Positions 8,273 to 19,025 are shown, counted from the first letter of the whole stretch. The stretch is DNA of 61,651 nucleotides, filler included, from 4 parts of 4 records of this genome joined end to end with filler, not necessarily neighbours in it, one strand, 5' to 3'. Numbers and translations: made by a program. Notes: generated by a model from the letters alone, not told the origin.

Positions 8273-9418
8273 TTAAAGGCCCTCCCGGACCGATTGAGGT
8301 TTGGGATAAAAGCTCAGGAACCGGGCGCGCAAAATGGCGACAAACAGCGCCACCGCACCGATCTGATGCGCGAGACCAAGGTGCAAAGGTGCGCCGTTGA
8401 GAACGGTCACGATGCCCAAGACCAATTGCAAAAACAGCACCGCTGCCATTAGGTTAAACGCCCCTGCCGTGGTGCGATTGGCGGATTTTCGGCCCTTGGA
8501 CCACAAGACGATGCCGTAGATCACCAATAGATAGCCCATGACACGGTGGACAAATTGCACCAAAGCCGGGTTTTCAAAGAAATTGCGCCAGATCGGCGTG
8601 ATGTAAAACGGGTCCGGTGGCAAGACCTGCCCGCCCATCAGCGGCCAATCGGTATAGCCTCGGCCCGCATCAATCCCGGCCACCAAAGCGCCCAGAATGA
8701 TCTGAAGAAAGGCGAAATGCAGCATGCCGGTGGACATGCCAAAAAGCTTTTTATCGGTGGCGCGCCGGGCCTGCATCAAGTCGGGTTCGGTGCGCCCCAA
8801 CAGGAAAACAAACCACGCGATAAAGCCCAGGATGATAAAGGCCAGCCCCAGATGGGTGGCGAGGCGATAAGAGGCGACATCAAGCCGCGTGCCCTCAAGC
8901 CCTGATGAGACCATCCACCAGCCAATCGCGCCCTGAAGCCCGCCCAAAGCGCCGATGAAAATCAGGCGTTTGTGCCATCCGGTCGGCACTTTGCGCGCCA
9001 AGGCAAAGCCCGCGTAGCCCAGAAACCAGACCATGCCGATCACCCGGCCAAGCTGACGATGGCCCCATTCCCACCAATAGATGCTCTTGAACTCGGACAG
9101 GCTCATGCCCTCGTTTTGCAACTGGTATTCGGGGATTTGTTGGTATTTTTCAAACTCGGCGGTCCAGGCGGCATCCCCCATCGGCGGCACAGCCCCGGTC
9201 ACGGGTTTCCATTCGGTGATCGAGAGGCCGGAATCGGTCAGCCGGGTCAGCCCGCCGACCGCGATCATCATCATCACCAGCGCGAAAATCACCATGAGCC
9301 ACGCTCGGATGCCTTTGCGTGCGCCCCGGCCCCGTTTTTCGATCAGCCCGGTTTTCGGGGCGGCTTTTGGTGTGTCATCAGAGGCCACCTCTTCGAAAAT
9401 GCTGCGTTTTTGCGCCAT
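8273..9418 (-). CDS. ctaA: Heme A synthase (COX15/CtaA)
   Basis: VGGLTRLTDSGLSITEWKP, WEWGHRQLGR, QGAIGWWMVSSGL, YRLATHL, QFVHR. Confidence 0.96.
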   Translation of the reverse strand: MAQKRSIFEEVASDDTPKAAPKTGLIEKRGRGARKGIRAWLMVIFALVMMMIAVGGLTRLTDSGLSITEWKPVTGAVPPMGDAAWTAEFEKYQQIPEYQLQNEGMSLSEFKSIYWWEWGHRQLGRVIGMVWFLGYAGFALARKVPTGWHKRLIFIGALGGLQGAIGWWMVSSGLEGTRLDVASYRLATHLGLAFIILGFIAWFVFLLGRTEPDLMQARRATDKKLFGMSTGMLHFAFLQIILGALVAGIDAGRGYTDWPLMGGQVLPPDPFYITPIWRNFFENPALVQFVHRVMGYLLVIYGIVLWSKGRKSANRTTAGAFNLMAAVLFLQLVLGIVTVLNGAPLHLGLAHQIGAVALFVAILRARFLSFYPKPQSVREGL

Positions 9419-9608
9419 GGTTTTCCCTTATCTTTGCGTGCACGAAACCTAGGAGCGTGGGCCACGAAGGGCAAGCGGTCTTGGCGAGGAAAATCATCGG
9501 GGTTTCTGGATTTTTTACTGAAATCGCGACGGAAAAACCGAGGAGCACCGTAGAATGATCAGATGCCCAAGAGGTGAGACAGGCCGACGGGCATGATAGG
9601 AGGTTCCG

Positions 9609-10001
9609 ATGAAACACGGTCGCCATATTCTTTCAACATCCCTTTTGATCGCCGCCATGGTCGCCGCACCCTTTGCCGCAGTGGCTCAAAGTGCGCCGCG
9701 CCCGATCCAACAACAGCAGCAATTGAAGGTTCAAATCCAAGATCAGGTTTATGTCCGCAAAGGCGTGACCCTGAACGGACGCGCAGGACCGGGTACGCAG
9801 TATCACAAACTGCTGGCGTTGAAGTCTGGCACTCAACTCAAATTGCTCAATCAACAAGGCGGCTGGGCCGAGGTCCAAACCCCGCAAGGTCAAAAGGCTT
9901 GGGTCTCGAGCCGGTATTTGATGTGTGACGGCACATGTGGGTTGCACCTTGGCATGCAAACTGGCCCACAAACGGGCATGGGTCCGGGTGCCATGCGCTA
10001 A
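9609..10001 (+). CDS. Secreted SH3b-domain protein
   Basis: AGGAGG RBS; signal peptide (AAVA/Q); LNGRAGPGTQY...GWAEVQ...AWVSSRYL. Confidence 0.8.
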   Translation: MKHGRHILSTSLLIAAMVAAPFAAVAQSAPRPIQQQQQLKVQIQDQVYVRKGVTLNGRAGPGTQYHKLLALKSGTQLKLLNQQGGWAEVQTPQGQKAWVSSRYLMCDGTCGLHLGMQTGPQTGMGPGAMR

Positions 10002-10031
10002 ACCCGCCCGAAGAGCACCTAAGAACACCAA

Positions 10032-10052
10032 AGGCCCCCAATTTGGGGGCCT
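10032..10052. terminator. Hairpin, probably a bidirectional terminator between convergent genes
   Basis: AGGCCCCCA-ATT-TGGGGGCCT perfect stem. Confidence 0.6.
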
Positions 10053-10075
10053 CTTCGTTGGGCGTTCTTTGCTGT

Positions 10076-10852
10076 TTACCCGCGCTCTTTCCACCGTTTC
10101 ATTTGCCGCATCACCCCGTGCAACATCTGCACATCGGCACGCGTCATCGGCATCCGCGACCACAGGTTGCGCAGGTTGAGTTTCATGCTGTGGGCTTTGT
10201 CTTCGGGAAAAAAGAACCCGGAGGTCTCAAGAATCTCCTCATAGTGATCCCCGAGTTTTTCAACCTCAAGATGGCCCGCCCAGACCGTTTTGGCCAAATC
10301 GACCACTTCGGGGGCGACCTCGGTGGTTTGGCGGCCCCATTCATAGGCGTTGAGCAACACCGCCTGTGCGAGGTTGATCGAGGGAAAATCCGGGTTCACC
10401 GGCACGGTGATGATGGCATTGGCCTCCACCACGTCCTCATTTTCCAAACCCGCGCGCTCCGGCCCAAACATCACGCCAACCTTACCGCCGGATGCGGTGA
10501 TGGCGCGGGCGTGTTCCATGGCGCGTTCGGGGGTCATCACCGGTTTGGTGATGCCGCGCATCCGCGCCGTGGTGGCAAAGACATAATCGCAATCGGCCAG
10601 CGCCTCACGCACCGTGCCAAACAGCTCCGCCTCATCCAAAAGCCGCCCCGCGCCCGAGGCCATGGCGACGGCATTGGGGTTAGGCCAGCCATCGCGCGGA
10701 GCGACGATGCGCATCCGGTCCAACCCGAAATTCCACATCGCCCGCGCCGCCGCCCCAATGTTTTCGCCCATCTGCGGACGCACAAGGACAAAGGCGGGGG
10801 TCGGCCCGCTTTGTGCGGCTTGCGGCGCATCTGACATGGGTGCATCTGACAT
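10076..10852 (-). CDS. trmJ: SPOUT RNA methyltransferase, TrmJ/LasT family
   Basis: VRPQMGENIGAAARAMWNFG, FGPERAGLEN, SINLAQAV. Confidence 0.85.
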   Translation of the reverse strand: MSDAPMSDAPQAAQSGPTPAFVLVRPQMGENIGAAARAMWNFGLDRMRIVAPRDGWPNPNAVAMASGAGRLLDEAELFGTVREALADCDYVFATTARMRGITKPVMTPERAMEHARAITASGGKVGVMFGPERAGLENEDVVEANAIITVPVNPDFPSINLAQAVLLNAYEWGRQTTEVAPEVVDLAKTVWAGHLEVEKLGDHYEEILETSGFFFPEDKAHSMKLNLRNLWSRMPMTRADVQMLHGVMRQMKRWKERG

Positions 10853-10969
10853 GGAGGACCTCTAAATCTTGGATTTGGCGCGTGATAAGCGCATTTGCCC
10901 CCGCTCGCAAGACTTCCGCCCGCGCAAAGCTTGCGCTATAGGAGGCGAAACCCATTTTCGGAGACCAAT

Positions 10970-11611
10970 ATGTCCGACCCCGTCCAAGAGCGCCCGCAAA
11001 TCTACCTGTTGACCCCGCCCGCCTTTGATCTCGACACCTTCCCGGCGCGTTTGGCCGCGGTGTTGGATACCCATGCGGTGGCCTGTGTGCGTTTGGCTTT
11101 GGCGTCCAAGGACGAGGATGTGTTGGGCCGGGCTGCGGATGCCTGTCGCGAAGTCTGTCATGCCCGCGATGTGGCGATCGTGATTGAGGCGCATGTCGCC
11201 TTGGCCGAACGTCACGGGTTGGACGGCGTGCATTTGACCGACGGATCGCGTTCCGTGCGCAAGGTCCGCAAGCTGTTGGGCGATGAAGCCATTGTCGGGG
11301 CCTTCTGTGGTGCCTCGCGCCATGACGGTTTGAACGCGGGCGAAAGCGGCGCGGATTACATCGCCTTTGGTCCGGTTGGTGACACCGATCTGGGCGACGG
11401 GACACAGGCCGAAAAAGACACGTTTCAGTGGTGGTCCGAAGTGGTCGAAGTGCCGGTGGTGGCCGAAGGCGCATTGACGGTTGAGATCGTCAAGGAGTTT
11501 GCCAAAATCACCGATTTCTTTGCCATTGGCGAAGAGATTTGGAACACCGAAGACCCGATCAAGAGCTTGGGGGCCTTCATCGCGGCGATGGACGACGGCC
11601 TAAGCGCCTAA
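10970..11611 (+). CDS. Thiamine-phosphate synthase family protein (ThiE-like)
   Basis: QIYLLTPP, LDGVHL, VGAFCGASRHDGL, GADYIAFGP, PVVAEG. Start at the ATG at 10970 after GGAG. Confidence 0.82.
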   Translation: MSDPVQERPQIYLLTPPAFDLDTFPARLAAVLDTHAVACVRLALASKDEDVLGRAADACREVCHARDVAIVIEAHVALAERHGLDGVHLTDGSRSVRKVRKLLGDEAIVGAFCGASRHDGLNAGESGADYIAFGPVGDTDLGDGTQAEKDTFQWWSEVVEVPVVAEGALTVEIVKEFAKITDFFAIGEEIWNTEDPIKSLGAFIAAMDDGLSA

Positions 11612-12457
11612 ATAGGCCTCAGGAACAGGCGGTAGCCCCGAACGCACCGCCTCTTCGCACAGGCGCGCCATCTCTTTGCGGTCTTTCACGTCTTTGACCG
11701 CAATCGGCGCGTGGAACATGACCTCGACCCGGCCTTGTGGCGAGGCTTTGAGCACCTGCACCAGTGAGGGGCCAAATTCCATATCGCCCCACCAGCCATA
11801 AAACCGCACATCTTGGCCCTCGGGCGCAATATAGCGGGCGGTGACGGGCTGAATCCAAACCTCATCACGCAGTTCAGGCGTAAAAAACGCCGCAAACAGC
11901 GTCGGCTTGAACGGCAAGACCCGCAGGCTGTCGCTCGACGTGCCCTCGGGGAAAAACAGAAGCTTATGCCCCATATGCAGCCGCTCTTCGAAGATCTGTT
12001 TTTGCAGCGCCGCCTCTGTGCGGTCGCGGTTGATAAACACCGTGCCCGTGGCCTTGGCCATGGTGCCGATGCCGGGCCAATTGGCCACTTCTGCCTTGGA
12101 GACAAAGAAAATCCGCTGCACCGCGTTGAGCACGAAAATATCAAGCCAAGTGGAATGATTGGCAACCACAGCGCCATGGTGGCGCATCGGCGTGCCGCGC
12201 ACCGTCAAAGAGAGGCCCATCAGGCGCAGCGCCGTGCGTGACACGAAACGGGGGAATTGCGAGGACCACGGGCGGCGTTTGCCCTTGATCAGGCGCTCCA
12301 CGCCGCGTGTGGCCAGCATCAAGACCATACAGATCGTGATCAGACCAATCACCGGCACGCCGCGCCGCACCATCCGCCATGTCCCGCCCAAAGCCCCACC
12401 CTTCACAGGTGCCGGCTCCGCAGGCGGAATGCGGCTGTTCCAAAGTGGCGCACTCAC
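11600..12457 (-). CDS. olsA: PlsC-family acyltransferase, likely lyso-ornithine lipid O-acyltransferase
   Basis: NHSTWLD (HX4D), FVSKAEV, FFPEGTS; coupled downstream of olsB. Confidence 0.8.
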   Translation of the reverse strand: MSAPLWNSRIPPAEPAPVKGGALGGTWRMVRRGVPVIGLITICMVLMLATRGVERLIKGKRRPWSSQFPRFVSRTALRLMGLSLTVRGTPMRHHGAVVANHSTWLDIFVLNAVQRIFFVSKAEVANWPGIGTMAKATGTVFINRDRTEAALQKQIFEERLHMGHKLLFFPEGTSSDSLRVLPFKPTLFAAFFTPELRDEVWIQPVTARYIAPEGQDVRFYGWWGDMEFGPSLVQVLKASPQGRVEVMFHAPIAVKDVKDRKEMARLCEEAVRSGLPPVPEAYLGA

Positions 12458-13257
12458 CCGCTGAGACCCTTGGTGTACATCTCGCGTTGGCGGGGCGAAA
12501 TTTCAGCGACATCCAGGATCAACAACACATCCACCGTGTCAAAAGCCCGATCGACATAGGCGCCCTCGCCGACTTTGCCGCCCATGCGCAGATAGGCTTT
12601 GATCAGCGGCGGGATCGCCAACATCGCGCGTTTGCGCTCAATCTGATCTTCGGGCACCAAATCCATCGTTTGAAAATGGGCCTCCACCGTGCGTGCGCGC
12701 AACTCAGGCGGGGCCAGATGGCGGTGGTGCAACAGCGAGAGAGATTCGGCATGGCGCGCCACATCGGCGTCAAAGAAAGAGGCGGTGCCAAACAACACAT
12801 CAAACCCCTCTTCGATCACATATTTCGCCAAGCCGGCCCACATGTGAAACAGCGCCGTGCCGCCGCGATACTCCTTGGCCACACAGGAGCGCCCCAGTTC
12901 CAAAAGCCGCTTGCCCGTGGCTTTCAGCGGGGTCAGATCATATTCGTCTTCGGAGTAAAACCGCCCCAAAAGCGCCGCCTTTTCCCCGGATAAAAGCCGA
13001 TATACTGCCACGCATTGCTCCAAAGGGTCCTCAGAACGGGTGACGTCGATCAGCATCAAGTGGTCATAATCGGGATCAAACCGGTCGGCCTCAAGCATGG
13101 CCACATGGTCCACCATCGGCCCGTTTGAACCAAGTTCCTCGACAAATACCCGATAGCGCAGGCGTTGCGCCGCGCGTAGATCCGCCTCATCTTGGGCAAA
13201 TCTCAATTGAAATCGCGGCTCTTGGGCGCTCATACGGGGGGGTGATCCTGCTCTCAT
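12454..13257 (-). CDS. olsB: Ornithine-acyl-ACP N-acyltransferase (GNAT); start may instead be 13233
   Basis: AAQRLRYRVFVEELG, DRFDPDYDHL, FYSEDEYDL, LELGRSCV, PPLIKAYLRMG, DRAFDTVD. Confidence 0.85.
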   Translation of the reverse strand: MRAGSPPRMSAQEPRFQLRFAQDEADLRAAQRLRYRVFVEELGSNGPMVDHVAMLEADRFDPDYDHLMLIDVTRSEDPLEQCVAVYRLLSGEKAALLGRFYSEDEYDLTPLKATGKRLLELGRSCVAKEYRGGTALFHMWAGLAKYVIEEGFDVLFGTASFFDADVARHAESLSLLHHRHLAPPELRARTVEAHFQTMDLVPEDQIERKRAMLAIPPLIKAYLRMGGKVGEGAYVDRAFDTVDVLLILDVAEISPRQREMYTKGLSG

Positions 13258-13409
13258 CGGTGGACGGGTTTTAGGGTTTTGTTGGTTTCAATGCAACAGA
13301 CGAGCGAAACAGGTTAAAAATCACTCTCTCTAAGGTTGATTAAACCTCAAGTCTCAGCGACCATAGCGGGAACAAACCGTCACATGAAAGACGGGCAAAT
13401 CGCATCTTA

Positions 13410-13589
13410 TCACCCATAGACAGGGAAAAGCGCCACATGACGGCTGTCGATCACAACCTTACCCGCATGTTGAAACATGACGGTGACCTTGCCACCGATG
13501 TTCGATTGCACCTGACCTATGCCCCAGTCCGTTTGCACCGGGTGGCGCACCATTTGACCGGGTTCCAACATCGCATTGAGATCTTCCAT
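13410..13589 (-). CDS. Small DUF3553-like protein (59 aa)
   Basis: LEPGQMVRHPVQTDWGIGQVQSNIGGKVTVMFQHAGKVVID; GAGGAG RBS. Confidence 0.8.
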   Translation of the reverse strand: MEDLNAMLEPGQMVRHPVQTDWGIGQVQSNIGGKVTVMFQHAGKVVIDSRHVALFPVYG

Positions 13590-13632
13590 TGCTGACGCGC
13601 TCCTCGCACAGACTGCCCCTAAAGGATAAAAC

Positions 13633-14232
13633 ATGACCCAAGACCTCGCTCGCGACATTGCCGCCATGATCGGTTCCCGCATTTGTCACGATATGATCAG
13701 CCCGGTGGGCGCGATCTCAAATGGCGTGGAACTTTTGAACATGTCGGGCGTCGGTGCAGGCCCTGAACTCAGCCTTATCTCTGAAAGTGTGGAAAATGCA
13801 AATGCTCGGGTGAAATTCTTTCGCGTGGCCTTTGGCGTGGCCTCCGCCGGCCAAATGTCCTCGCGCGCCGAAATGGTCACCATTCTCAAAGGCATTTCAA
13901 CCACACGCCTCACCTATTATTGGGACGCGTCTGAGGACATGCCGCGCGAGGAGGTCAAACTCGCCTGCCTGATGATGATGTGCCTGGAAACCGCCCTGCC
14001 CCGTGGCGGCGAAATCCGCCTGTCCTGCTCCGGTGGACAATGGAGCGTGCGCGCCCGCGCAGATCGGCTTGAACCCGCACCCGACCTTTGGGCCCGCCTA
14101 GGCGCGCTGTCCAAGGCCGAGGGGCTAAAACCCTCCGATGTGCAATTCCTTTTGGCCCCGATGCAGGCCGCCGCTCTTGGTCGCCGCATCACCCATTCCT
14201 CAGGCGATGGGGTGATCACCCTAAACGCCTAA
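13633..14232 (+). CDS. chpT: Histidine phosphotransferase ChpT
   Basis: GSRICHDMISPVGAISNGVELL, FFRVAFG, ALPRGG; AAGGA RBS. Confidence 0.9.
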   Translation: MTQDLARDIAAMIGSRICHDMISPVGAISNGVELLNMSGVGAGPELSLISESVENANARVKFFRVAFGVASAGQMSSRAEMVTILKGISTTRLTYYWDASEDMPREEVKLACLMMMCLETALPRGGEIRLSCSGGQWSVRARADRLEPAPDLWARLGALSKAEGLKPSDVQFLLAPMQAAALGRRITHSSGDGVITLNA

Positions 14233-14275
14233 CCACACTCCCAGCCGCCCCATGTGATCCTCGGGGTGGCACCTT

Positions 14276-14312
14276 GAAGGCGCGGGCCCCCTCTGACCCG
14301 CGCCTTCCTTTT
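14276..14312 (+). terminator. Rho-independent terminator after chpT
   Basis: GAAGGCGCGGG...CCCGCGCCTTC stem followed by CTTTT. Confidence 0.7.
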
Positions 14313-14398
14313 GTCTTCCCGGCTCCTCAACGCAAAACGCGCGAAAGGCCCCCTTCCGCGCGTCTTTACCGTGACAAAATACTCAAATATCCGCGCGG

Positions 14399-15664
14399 TT
14401 ACGCGCGCACAGCACCCTCGGAACTCACCAGATATTTGAACGAGGTCAGTTGCTCCGCCCCCACCGGCCCGCGCGCATGCATTTTACCCGTGGCGATGCC
14501 AATCTCGGCGCCCATGCCAAATTCGCCGCCATCGGCAAACTGGGTCGAGCTGTTGTGCATCAGGATCGCACTGTCGATCTCGGCAAAGAACCGCGCCACA
14601 TGTTCAGGCGTCTCGGACAGGATGCAATCGGTGTGGTTCGACGAATACCGATGGATGTGATCAATCGCGCCGTCGATCCCGTCCACCACTTTGGCGGCGA
14701 CAATGCTGTCGAGATATTCGTGGCCCCAATCGTCTTCGGTCGCCGGGATCACCGCGCCGTTCATCGCCTGAACCGCCGCGTCTCCACGCACCTCAACGCC
14801 TTTCCCTATCAGTGCCGCAATCACATCTGCGCCCAAGCTGTCGGCCACTTGACGGTCAATCAACAGGCATTCCACCGAGCCGCAAATCCCGGTGCGCCGG
14901 GTTTTGGCGTTGATCACCACATTCATCGCTTTGACCGGATCAGCGGAGGCGTCGATAAAGATATGCACGATGCCTTCAAGATGGGCAAACACCGGCACCC
15001 GCGCCTCGCGTTGCACCAGCCCAACCAAGCCCTTGCCACCACGCGGCACGATCACGTCGATATAATCGGTCATGGTCAACATCTCGCTGACCGCTGCCCG
15101 GTCCCGCGTCGGCACACGCTGGATCGCATCTTCGGGCAGGCCCGCGGCCTTGAGCCCATCGACCAAACAGGCGTGGATCGCGCCGGAGCTGTGGAAACTC
15201 TCCGAACCACCGCGCAGGATCACCGCATTGCCCGCCTTAAGGCACAAAGCCCCGGCATCCGCGGTCACATTCGGGCGGCTCTCATAGATCACGCCAATGA
15301 CGCCCAAAGGCGTGCGCACCCGTTTGATATGCAGGCCGGTGGGCTGGTCCCATTCGGCCATCACATCGCCAACCGGATCTTTTTGACCCGCAACCGCGCT
15401 CAAGCCCTCCACCATGCCCTGAATACGCGTCTCGTCCAGCATCAGCCGGTCCATCATCGCGTCGGTCAGACCCTTTTCGCGGCCAAAGGCCATGTCTTTT
15501 TCATTCGCCGCAATGATCTCCGCCCGTCGCGCCCAAATGGCATCGGCGGCCGCGTTCAATGCGGCCTGTTTTTGCGCGGATGTGGCCACGGCCAGCTTGG
15601 CACTCGCGGCTTTCGCGCGCGCGCCCAAATCCTGCATCATCGTCTTTACGTCTAACTCTGTCAT
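14399..15664 (-). CDS. proA: Gamma-glutamyl phosphate reductase
   Basis: [57 protein letters not shown]. Confidence 0.97.
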   Translation of the reverse strand: MTELDVKTMMQDLGARAKAASAKLAVATSAQKQAALNAAADAIWARRAEIIAANEKDMAFGREKGLTDAMMDRLMLDETRIQGMVEGLSAVAGQKDPVGDVMAEWDQPTGLHIKRVRTPLGVIGVIYESRPNVTADAGALCLKAGNAVILRGGSESFHSSGAIHACLVDGLKAAGLPEDAIQRVPTRDRAAVSEMLTMTDYIDVIVPRGGKGLVGLVQREARVPVFAHLEGIVHIFIDASADPVKAMNVVINAKTRRTGICGSVECLLIDRQVADSLGADVIAALIGKGVEVRGDAAVQAMNGAVIPATEDDWGHEYLDSIVAAKVVDGIDGAIDHIHRYSSNHTDCILSETPEHVARFFAEIDSAILMHNSSTQFADGGEFGMGAEIGIATGKMHARGPVGAEQLTSFKYLVSSEGAVRA

Positions 15665-16761
15665 AGCACCAAATCATCTCTGTGGATCAAAGCGGCCCGA
15701 CCGGAATAGCCGAGGATCGCCTGTATGTCTTCGGAATGCGCGCCTTTGATCGCCTCGGATTCCTCTGAGGTATAGCGGGACAGGCCCAACCCAATGCGCG
15801 CGCCATTGGGTCCAAGGACCACCACTGGTTCGCCGCGGCCAAAATGGCCAACAACCTCCGAGACGCCGACGGGCAACAGGGAATTTCCATGCGCGAGCGC
15901 TCGTGCCGCCCCCGCATCAATGATGATTTCACCTTTCGGCTTCATCGCGCCGATCCAGCGTTTGCGGGCACGTTCCGGATCTTCATGCGCGATAAACCAT
16001 GTGGCCCGCGCCCCCGCCTCAAGTGCCTGAATCGGCCGGTCTTTAAACCCTTCGGTGATTGCCATGGTGCAGCCACCGGCAATGGCGGTTTTGGCAGCCA
16101 TGATTTTGGTTTTCATTCCGCCCTTGGACAGACCAGACACCGGATCACCAGCCATGGATTCAATTTCTGGCGTGATGTGTTCGACAGTGGCGATATGGCG
16201 AGCGGAGGCGTCGATATTTGGGTTTGCGGTGTAAAGCCCGTCAATATCGGAGAGCAACACCAAGCGATCCGCGCCGACCGTGACCGCAATTTGCGCCGCC
16301 AGACGGTCGTTGTCGCCATAACGGATTTCATCGGTGGCCACCGTGTCGTTTTCATTGACGATCGGCACCGCGCCAAGGCCCAACAGCGCGTCCAAAGTGG
16401 CGCGCGAATTAAGATACCGGCGACGATCGGCGCTGTCTTCCAGCGTCAATAGAATCTGCGATGTGGTGATGCCGAGCGGCTCCAACACCTCTTGATAGGC
16501 CCGCGCCAGACGGATTTGCCCGACAGAGGCCGCTGCTTGTGAGTGCTCAAGCGGCAATTCTCCCGCGGGCAGGTGCAAAATCCCCCGCCCCAGCGCAATG
16601 GAGCCCGACGAGACCAAAATCACCGCCGCACCGCGGGCTTTGAGCATCGCCACGTCTTCGGCCAGGCCCTTGAGCCAGTCCGCGCGCAATTCCCCGCGCT
16701 CGACCAAGAGCGCCGAGCCGATTTTGATCACAACACGTTTTGCGCCGCTTAGGGTTGCCAA
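15661..16761 (-). CDS. proB: Glutamate 5-kinase with PUA domain
   Basis: [48 protein letters not shown]. Confidence 0.97.
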   Translation of the reverse strand: MATLSGAKRVVIKIGSALLVERGELRADWLKGLAEDVAMLKARGAAVILVSSGSIALGRGILHLPAGELPLEHSQAAASVGQIRLARAYQEVLEPLGITTSQILLTLEDSADRRRYLNSRATLDALLGLGAVPIVNENDTVATDEIRYGDNDRLAAQIAVTVGADRLVLLSDIDGLYTANPNIDASARHIATVEHITPEIESMAGDPVSGLSKGGMKTKIMAAKTAIAGGCTMAITEGFKDRPIQALEAGARATWFIAHEDPERARKRWIGAMKPKGEIIIDAGAARALAHGNSLLPVGVSEVVGHFGRGEPVVVLGPNGARIGLGLSRYTSEESEAIKGAHSEDIQAILGYSGRAALIHRDDLVL

Positions 16762-17798
16762 TTCTGGTCTTCCTCTTCGTCCGATGCCTCGGCCTGTTTG
16801 GTCCGCAGACGGTCCATCGAAATCTCGGCCTTGAGCGCGCGCAACACGGTCTCAACCCCGGCCTTGGTCGCGCCGGACATGGTGTAAACCCGCCCGCCGG
16901 ACGCCTCTTGCAGCGCCGCCAGTTTTTCCTCGATCTCCTCATCCATCAGGCTGTCAACCTTGTTGAGGACGGTGATCCGCGGCTTGTCGCCCAACACATC
17001 GGAATAGTTTTCGATCTCGGTGATAATGGTCTGATAATCCTTGACCACATCCTCGGCAGTGCCATCAACCAGATGCAACAACACAGCGCAGCGTTCGACG
17101 TGGCCCAAGAACAAATCGCCCAGGCCCCGGCCCTCAGACGCGCCTTCGATCAAGCCAGGAATATCAGCGACGACAAATTCGGCGCCATCAATGCCCACCA
17201 CCCCGAGGTTCGGGTGCAGCGTGGTAAACGGATAGTCCGCGATTTTAGGCCGCGCATTCGAGGTCACACTCAAAAACGTCGATTTCCCGGCGTTGGGCAG
17301 GCCCAAAAGCCCGGCATCGGCGATCAGTTTCAGTCGCAGCCAAATCGTGCGATCAATCCCCGGCTGACCCGGATTGGCCGAGCGCGGCGCTTGGTTGGTC
17401 GAGCTTTTGAACCGCAGGTTGCCCCAGCCGCCATTGCCGCCCTTGGCCAAAACAAACCGCTGCCCGACCTCGGTCAGATCGGCGATCACCGTCTCTTCGT
17501 CTTCGTCCAGAATTTCAGTACCCGCCGGTACGCGCAACACGATGTCCTCGCCATCCTTGCCGGTGCGATTGTTGCCCATACCGCCTTGGCCGTTTTGAGC
17601 AAAAAAGTGCTGTTGATAGCGGAAATCAATCAGCGTGTTGAGCCCGTCCACCGTCTCGATGATCACAGAGCCGCCGCGCCCACCGTCGCCGCCGTTCGGG
17701 CCGCCGTATTCGATAAACTTTTCACGCCGAAACGACACGCAGCCGTTCCCGCCGGAGCCCGATCGAATGTAAACTTTGGCCAGATCGAGAAATTTCAT
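16749..17798 (-). CDS. obgE: GTPase ObgE/CgtA
   Basis: MKFLD...[48 protein letters not shown]. Confidence 0.98.
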   Translation of the reverse strand: MKFLDLAKVYIRSGSGGNGCVSFRREKFIEYGGPNGGDGGRGGSVIIETVDGLNTLIDFRYQQHFFAQNGQGGMGNNRTGKDGEDIVLRVPAGTEILDEDEETVIADLTEVGQRFVLAKGGNGGWGNLRFKSSTNQAPRSANPGQPGIDRTIWLRLKLIADAGLLGLPNAGKSTFLSVTSNARPKIADYPFTTLHPNLGVVGIDGAEFVVADIPGLIEGASEGRGLGDLFLGHVERCAVLLHLVDGTAEDVVKDYQTIITEIENYSDVLGDKPRITVLNKVDSLMDEEIEEKLAALQEASGGRVYTMSGATKAGVETVLRALKAEISMDRLRTKQAEASDEEEDQNWQP

Positions 17799-17878
17799 GT
17801 CTTTGTCCTTCTGTGCCCCATGATCCTAGGGCTTTGGGCAGATGTATCGCGGCTCGCCGCCAAACTCAATGTGCGTTG

Positions 17879-18430
17879 TTATGTGCGGTGTTGTGGGGGG
17901 GCTGTGTCAGAGGATTTGCGCGACGCCCACACCTCTCGCGTCAAACTCATCGCTTGCGCCGCAACGGTTTGACCACGCGCCATACTATACTGTTGCAGAG
18001 GCTCGGTATCCTCAAACCCCAGCCCTTTCAAAATGGCCCGCGATTTGGCATTCGCAACAAAGTGGTATGAGGCAAGGCTCAGACCATCATGGGCAAACCA
18101 ATGATCCACCACCGCCTGCGCCGCCTCCGACATATAGCCATGCCCCCAATAAGGCTGGCCAAGCCAATAGCCGAGATGTTCGGCGATACCGATCACCCCC
18201 ATGATATGACCGCTGTCTTTATGAACAATCCCAAAGCGATAGGGGCTATTGAGCCGGGCAATGAACCACTGCATCTCAATGACGCCATAGGGGTATCTGA
18301 TCCGGCTGAGCCATTTCGACACCTCAAAATCATTCAATAACCGCGTCAAAGGCGCCGCGTCCGCTTGGCTCAGCGGCCGCAGGATCAAACGGTCTGTTTC
18401 AAGAGAGAAGCTTTGGGAGTCTGTGGTCAT
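17879..18430 (-). CDS. GNAT N-acetyltransferase (RimJ/RimL-like)
   Basis: LETDRLILRP, LGYWLGQPYWGHGYMSEA, NAKSRAILKGLGF. Confidence 0.85.
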   Translation of the reverse strand: MTTDSQSFSLETDRLILRPLSQADAAPLTRLLNDFEVSKWLSRIRYPYGVIEMQWFIARLNSPYRFGIVHKDSGHIMGVIGIAEHLGYWLGQPYWGHGYMSEAAQAVVDHWFAHDGLSLASYHFVANAKSRAILKGLGFEDTEPLQQYSMARGQTVAAQAMSLTREVWASRKSSDTAPPQHRT

Positions 18431-18467
18431 CGGGGTCTGTCCTGGTGTGGGCGACCCCGATTTGGGG

Positions 18468-19025
18468 TCAGTCGAGTTTGCGCAGATAGGTCCAGGTCGG
18501 GACCAAGGTGTTGCGCGCAACCGAGAAGGTTTCCGCATCGCCGATATATTCAAAGCCCGCGGCGGTCACGACCCGGGCCGAAGCTGGGTTGTCCTGAAAA
18601 ATCTCGGCAAACATGGTTTTAGAGCCCAACGGATTGGCCGCCACCATGGCGCCCAACGCCATGCGGGCCAATCCGGTGCCCCAAAACGAGGGCGCGACCC
18701 AAAAGGCCACTTCGCATTGATCGCGATCGAGCGGTTTCAGGGAAATCACCCCCAAAACCTCGGACAGCTCATGGTTGGAGCCATCGAGCACCCAAACTTT
18801 TTCCTCAGTGCCGGGTTTGAGTGCGCGGGCCACGAAAGCCTCGGTCGCGCCGGGAGGCAGGGGATGCGGCAAAGAACGCGAATTGCGCGCCACGCGCACA
18901 TCGCCCGCATACATCGACAACAGCCCCGCATCCGAGCGGCGCGGTGGGCGCAGGACAAACCGTTCCGTTTCAATCACTGCCTGTGTGTTCGTCTCAACCG
19001 CGTTTTTCACGATCTCCATATTCAT
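18468..19025 (-). CDS. GNAT N-acetyltransferase (RimJ/RimL-like)
   Basis: IETERFVLRP, FWVAPSFWGTG, DNPASARV; AGGAGG RBS. Confidence 0.85.
   Translation of the reverse strand: MNMEIVKNAVETNTQAVIETERFVLRPPRRSDAGLLSMYAGDVRVARNSRSLPHPLPPGATEAFVARALKPGTEEKVWVLDGSNHELSEVLGVISLKPLDRDQCEVAFWVAPSFWGTGLARMALGAMVAANPLGSKTMFAEIFQDNPASARVVTAAGFEYIGDAETFSVARNTLVPTWTYLRKLD

Noticed and set aside
13311..13347. Possible CtrA box near olsB/chpT (CTAA-GGTTGA-TTAA)
   Set aside because: Spacer is 6 nt rather than 7 and one half-site is mismatched.
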